From Paraspadella gotoi (lineage: Eukaryota; Animalia; Chaetognatha), in contig CM119271.1 in NCBI GenBank assembly GCA_051294375.1, forward strand, positions 9,204,363-9,268,362: a stretch of DNA of 64,000 nucleotides, read 5' to 3'. Below, in pieces: positions 58,501 through 64,000 of the stretch. Both the position numbers and the translations under genes were made by a program. Position 1 is the stretch's first letter; each line of letters starts with the position of its first letter. The notes beneath the pieces are model-generated. The model was given only the letters and a program-made list of their open reading frames with translations. It did no database searches and had not been told where the DNA came from.

Positions 58501-61500
58501 TCATCCTCCACCTCCTCCTCCTCCTCCTCCCCCCATCCTCTCCCACGAGGCCAAAAAAATGGCGGAGAAGACGGCGACGACGACGAGGTTGACGGCGAAG
58601 AGGGCGTGGCCTCGATCCAAGATGGCGCCCGTCCAGAGCGGGCCGAGAATGAGGCCGAGATTGAGGACGCCGCGACGAAGTCCCGTCCCGAAGCCTGGAA
58701 GGAAAGATGGCGAGGTCACGAAGGTGCGGGACGTGAAAGTAAATCGCGTATTTTCAATTTTTGGAAACGAAAAATTACAAATTAACGTCGTATTCTTTGT
58801 CGAGACGACAAGAGGAAAATAAAAAAAAACAACCAGACAACAACAAAACACAATGCAAATGAGAAAATAAAAAATAAAAAAGCAGATCCAAAATAATTTA
58901 AAAAAAAAAGATAAACCTCTCTCCCCCCCAAAAAAAACAAACAAAACAAAAAATTGAAATGAAAAAAAAAAACATACTTAAGGTCGTAGTCCTTTTCATA
59001 CAATTGAAACATTCTTTCAAATAATATACCACTTCATTGATAGGGAAGCCAGGAACTCTGGGAGTGAATAAAAGAGAATGCGAGAGAGTCTTGATTGAAA
59101 GTATGGTGGACTAAAATCCATCAACCGTTCATCAGTGGCCATTGGTGCCGGAGGCAAGTCATTCGCCTCCCAACCCAAAGGTCCGGGGTTCTAGCCCGGT
59201 GGCCGCTCTGCAGTTAAGATGGACGGGGCGCTTAGCCCGCCTGTAACACGGTTTTACAGCCTGATCCGAAGCTCAGGGACTGCTTATATTGAACGGTTCT
59301 GTCACTAACACATATCAATTATCATTGTCTCAAGGGGGCAAGATAATTTATTTATTAAATGAATGGATAGTTTTATATTGGTTGTCCCAATTTCAAACAG
59401 AATAAAACAAAAACAAACCAAAACACAAGAAGAAAACAAAAAACAAAACGAGACCCGCGACTTCACCCTGCGTTCTCTCGTCGATGGATTTGGTGAAGAT
59501 GCTGTAGGCGGTGATGGCGACGATGGAGACGCCGACGACGTTCAGCAGCGAGGAGCAGACGAAATGCAGCAGCAGCAGCGGCGACGGTGACGGCGCAGGA
59601 GACGGCGAGGACGCTGTCGAGTTCGACGACGGTCGACGACGGGACGCGTCGGCGTTCGGCAACGTCGCTAGGGCCCAGATCTGGGATGAGATTAGATATT
59701 GTTAAAAATTGTGGATTTGATTTTAAGTGTTGATATGATCCTCGTTAAGAAGAGTTAAGTTATTTTTATTTGGGTTTTAAATATTCTAAATTTAATCTTT
59801 GATAGTTACTATAATATTCTGGTCCTTCACAGTTTCTCATGTTATGAATTGTTCGAACATTTTATTAATGTGTTCCATTTTAAACGTTAGATGTCTTTTG
59901 TTTTTTTGTTTAATAGTTTAGTTTTTTATTTGTTTATCATTTTCCTGTCCTTTTACACTGTTACTGTTTATGATTTTATTGATACTATTTTTAGTATTAA
60001 TAATAAAAAAACAACAAAAAACAAACAAAAGACACCCGGCCCCACGCGAGAACCTGCGAGGCCAGCATTAACGAACACCCGAAGGCCGTGACGCCGCGAT
60101 CGGAGAAGCGCCGACTCGCGACGGCGACGGCGCCGCAGACGACGAGAACGACGACGCCGGCGACGGCGAAACAAGCGCCGGATTCCAATTCGCCCCATCC
60201 GAACGTCTCTTGGGTCAGGGGACTGACGAGCGCTTCCAGGGAAGTCTGGGTTGTTGGGAAATGGGAGGTAGGTTCGAGCAAGGTCGAAAATATGTTGAGG
60301 GAAGGAAGAATAGGAGGGAAACGTTGGTGAGTTTGCTGCGGCGAGAAACTAGTCTTTTAGCGACCTGGCTCGTTTGAAAATATTGAAATAAAAGCAAATA
60401 TTTACAAACAAAGATTGCAAGCTACAATTTAGAAATTCACTTTGTTCGCAAGTTTTAATATAAAATTGATACGGAAAAAATTATCTCTTCATGCGATACA
60501 CAAACTGTCTGGCCTCCTGTCATTGGACACTGGAAGGGGTAAAGGCTTATTTTTTTAAAATAAATACTTTAAAGTTTAAACGCAAATAAAATTAAGTATA
60601 CTTCAAATTTCAAACACCTGCTCGTAGAAAATCAAAAAAGCGAATCCGATCAAGACGACGAGATGAGGCTGCGAATATTCGCGCCAATAAATTCGCATTG
60701 GCACCGGAGATCTTTGGGGGCGCCGAGAGGTAGCGACGCCGGATCTCTCGGCGGCGCCGATCTCGCTCTCGGCGTGTATTTCCGACGTTTCGTCGGGCGC
60801 CGAGACGACGGCTTCGTCAGCGATGAGATTTTCCGGCGAATCGACCTCGGATGCTCTTTTGTTTTCGATCGGAGTTTGAAGGATCTGAGATTTTGATTTG
60901 AAGGATGAGAGATGAACGGATTCATGAAATGAAGGAAGGAATTGAATGAACGATCGTAGGAAAGCAGAAATGAACGAACGAGAAAAAAAAGGGAAAGAAC
61001 TAAAGAACAAAGGAAGGTAAGAACGAGCGAACAAAAGTGCGATGAAAAAAATTTCTTTGCGAACAAAATAACAAAAGGAGGGATGAATAAAGAAAAAAAA
61101 ATAACGATAGAACTTGGGAACGAAAGAACGAATGAGGCAAGGATCGTAAAAATAATTAAAACTAATTAAGGAAACCAACAAAACAACAGATGGACGCTCG
61201 AACCAACCTCGGCGTAATCCTTGACGTTGTAGAAAGTGAAAATAACTTGAATTTGATGCAGGATCCACAGAATCGACATGAAGAATCCCGGCGACGTGTA
61301 TTCGTCGATGACGACTGGGCCAATGCTGAAGTTGAACTTGCTGAAGGCAATGGTAAAATGACCATCTGATTTAAAATATTTTGGATTGATTTGAATTAAT
61401 CAATAATGGCCAATTTAACTACTCAAATTGTAATATCTTTTACCACAGAAAAACATTGAAGGCTGGCCCGACAAAGAGTCCGACTTGTCGGGCCATGAAC

Positions 61501-63775
61501 AAGACCGACAAGACGACGGTTCGTCCCTCGACGGGCGTAACTCGGTTGACGTCCGCGTAGAGCATCGGCGCCGCCGCTAGGGGGCGAAAAATCGTTTTTA
61601 GCGGGAGAAACCGAAATAACGAAGTTATGCAGGATCGCGAAATTGGATACGTAATTACGTATCATAGTCAAACTGATAATGTTGATCTATTTTTTCCAAA
61701 ATTCGACAAAGGCGTCATGTTGTCGGTCCAACCAAAATAAAATTTATCAAAATTTTTAAAAAAATGGAAATAAATAAAACTAGGAAAATAAAAAAGAACA
61801 AAAAAAAAAAAAAAAAAACAGAACAAATTTAACAAACTGTTATCTTGAAGTATATAAAAGTTTAAAATTAAAATGATTAAACAAAACCTAATTAAATAAA
61901 CAAACAAACAAACAAACAAGAAAAAAATAAAACCGAGGGACAACAAACCGCAGCCGATCCCGGCCACGAATCTGGCGACGAAGACGAGCCACTCGATCTT
62001 GAAGACGTAGAGGAAATTGCCGAGAATCTCGAAGGAGTTGCAGACGAGGACGAGCGACTTGGTGTCGCGGCTCCAGTCGTTCAAGTAGCCGAAGATGGGG
62101 CAGAAGATCAGGGCGCTGGAGCGGAAAGGGGGTAGGAGGGTTGGGTGGGACTGGTGCGCGAATGACCCAAACCCCCTCCCGAAACGACCCCGCCAATATA
62201 GCGAGTTTAGGGCGGGGGGAAGGGTGAGAGAGGAGTGTGAGGATAAGTTTAAAAGAAAGGATACACTATTTTGTAGTCGGAAGCTATTTAGTTTTAATTT
62301 ATTCGAAAAAGGTACATATAACTCGCACTCGCAAATAGACGAACTGACAAAAATAGCTTTTTGGATTTTCGGGCCTTATTTTTCTTTCGGGAAAGTACAT
62401 GTATATCGTTCGTATATAACCTGAAAATTAAACATTTCAACGACTTTAAAAAGTCCTGACAAGCTCACATCGCGACTTCGAAATATCCTCAGCTTTCACG
62501 TCACTTCCCATGAAGACCTCTTCCAAGATCCGAACCAAACCTGATTTTTTTTTTTTTTTCTGAAATAAAAGAGACAATTTGACAATTAAGACAATAAGAA
62601 GATTAAACGATTAAACGATGAGTATTGAGCAAGAAAAATTGCACTAATGGCACTAAAAATAAAATTCAAACAATTAAGGATCATTGCGGACATTGCAAAT
62701 TGGAAAAGTATTAAGTATATCAATGAAAATCATGAGTGAATATTAGCATTACACAAGGCCATTTGCCATTTTTTTTTTTTTAGTCATAGACAGAAACTTG
62801 GCAAATGAAAAAAAAAAACCAAACCTGATCGAGAATCCGGCGATACAGAATCCGAGGTAGGATGAGCTTGAGTCGAATGAGTTTCGAAGGTAAAGCCACA
62901 GAGAGGGAAGGATAACCGCGTATCTTGAAATGGATCATTATGGGAAGGGACTCGAGTAGAGAAAATATGGATTTTATGATATTTAAGATATTAACTATTC
63001 TAGTCACTCGCTAATTCACTGGTTCACTTATTTAATTTGTCAATCGTTCACTCGTTCACCAATTTGCTAATTCTGAAGAGACAGTAATTATTGATATGTG
63101 TTAATGACAGAACCGTTCAATATAAGCAGTCACTGAGCTTCGGATCAGGCTGTAACACCATGTTACAGGCCGGTTAAGCGCCCCGTCCCTCTTAACTGCG
63201 AGGCAGCCACCGGGCTAGAACCTTTGGGTTGGGAGGCGAATGACTTGCCTCCGGCACCAATGGCCGCTGATGAACGGTTGGTGAATTTTAGTCCACCATA
63301 GTTCACTCATTTTTTCATTCACTCGTTCCTTCATTAAATCGATCAATCATTCACTAATTTACTCATCTACTCATTCATTCATTCATTCATTCATTCATTC
63401 ATTCATTCATTCATTCATTCATTCATTCATTCATTCATTCAATCATTCATTCATTCATTCATCATTTATTCATTCATTCATTCGTTCATTCACTCACTCA
63501 ACTCCGAAGAGAAAGACCAAAACAAAAAGGTTCACGTAGAGAAATCGACGACGAGTTTCGGCCGAGTGGCGGCAGCACCGGATGCCGAAGGCGGAGACGG
63601 TCGTCGCGGGAGTGGGCGTGTCCGCGGGCGGATGGGCGTTTGACGCTCCGTCAGAGGGCGTGTCGCGAAACGAAGAATACGACGACGAGGGACATCCTGT
63701 CATCAGCGGCGTCTTTTCATCGGCAACGGAGGAAGATTCACTTCCGGTTCCAGAAGTGAGACGAGGTTGTGACAT
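58501..63775 (-). CDS. MFSD8: MFSD8/CLN7-like major facilitator superfamily transporter, ~9 exons, apparently intact
   Basis: Spliced translation: FLFGVEYAVILPSLWLYL..YLGFCIAGFSIS..PIFGYLNDWSRDTK..NSFEILGNFLY..VARFVAGIGC..ARQVGLFVGPAFNVFL..FSIGPVVIDEYTSPGFFMSILW..TSLEALVSPLTQETFGWGELE..QGFGTGLRRGVLNLGLILGPLWTGA. N-terminal EKTPLM fits an acidic dileucine-type lysosomal sorting motif. Likely an MFSD8-like paralogue rather than the strict orthologue. Confidence 0.88.
59102..59331 (+). mobile_element. tRNA-containing SINE-like short repeat, copy 2 (most complete; tRNA-Gly(CCC)-like core 59135-59206)
   Basis: 72-nt core with 7-bp acceptor-like stem GTGGCCA/TGGCCGC, loop CT-CCC-AA and T-arm-like CCGGG-GTTCTAG-CCCGG; the anticodon stem is mismatched. 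Confidence 0.7.
63078..63300 (-). mobile_element. tRNA-containing SINE-like short repeat, copy 3 (mirror of copy 1) in intron 1 of the MFSD8-like gene
   Basis: Reverse complement of 51309-51546, adjacent to a (TTCA)n tract at ~63365-63495. Confidence 0.65.
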
Positions 63776-64000
63776 TTTTATGTCATATTATTCGTGATAT
63801 TTGATATTTGAATTCGTCCCTGACGGCGGAGTGAACAAAATGGGGGAAAAAAAGGAAAAATGGACGGATGGACAAATCAAAATATGTTAGTTGGAGAAAG
63901 TTTGTAGCCAAGTCGTCTCCGCACTCTCGATTCTTTTTTTCTCACAATCCTACTACCTCTGTCTCTGTCTTCACCCACCTTCTACAAATCTCGATGTCCA

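Larger units (their letters stand above)
50651..63912. repeat. Large inverted duplication: arms 50651-57444 and 57859-63912, 414-bp spacer
   Basis: Arms are reverse-complementary through exons, introns and flanks, e.g. ttggctacaaac near 50653 vs gtttgtagccaa near 63900 and cccagcccaaatctcatccccacc near 57416 vs ggtggggatgagatttgggctggg near 57864. Confidence 0.95.

Noticed and set aside
59135-59206. Functional tRNA-Gly(CCC) gene
   Set aside because: Anticodon and D stems do not pair and it is embedded in a dispersed repeat.
63267-63300. Hammerhead ribozyme core CTGATGA in the SINE-like repeat
   Set aside because: No GAAA after the putative stem II and no matching stems I/III.

Overview
Eukaryotic (invertebrate-animal-like) AT-rich genomic DNA with short GT-AG introns, many (GA)n/(GAC)n/(TTCA)n microsatellites and about 18 N-gaps; parts look filled with unpolished long-read sequence. 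Spliced genes reconstructed by hand: a UCP2/UCP3-type mitochondrial uncoupling protein (+, 2036-4412), a SMYD-family SET/MYND methyltransferase (+, 6064-10354), an 11-finger ZNF710/ZNF366-like gene (-, 11265-17477), an intronless orphan ORF (-, 48231-48983) and an MFSD8/CLN7-like transporter present twice as a ~13 kb tail-to-tail inverted duplication (right copy intact, left copy frameshifted). A ~30 kb gene-poor interval holds an orientation-switching 16-bp satellite beside TTAGGG-like repeats, degenerate tandem repeats, a decayed EN-RT LINE and candidate non-coding exons. The most interesting signal is a 64-codon upstream ORF in a predicted separate 5'-UTR exon of the UCP gene. Its SLEEKTFR motif resembles the C-terminus of the regulatory uORF peptide of vertebrate UCP2 as I recall it, suggesting an ancient uORF-UCP translational-control module. 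The large inverted repeat may be an assembly artefact. Gene models and family calls are by eye, without database searches.
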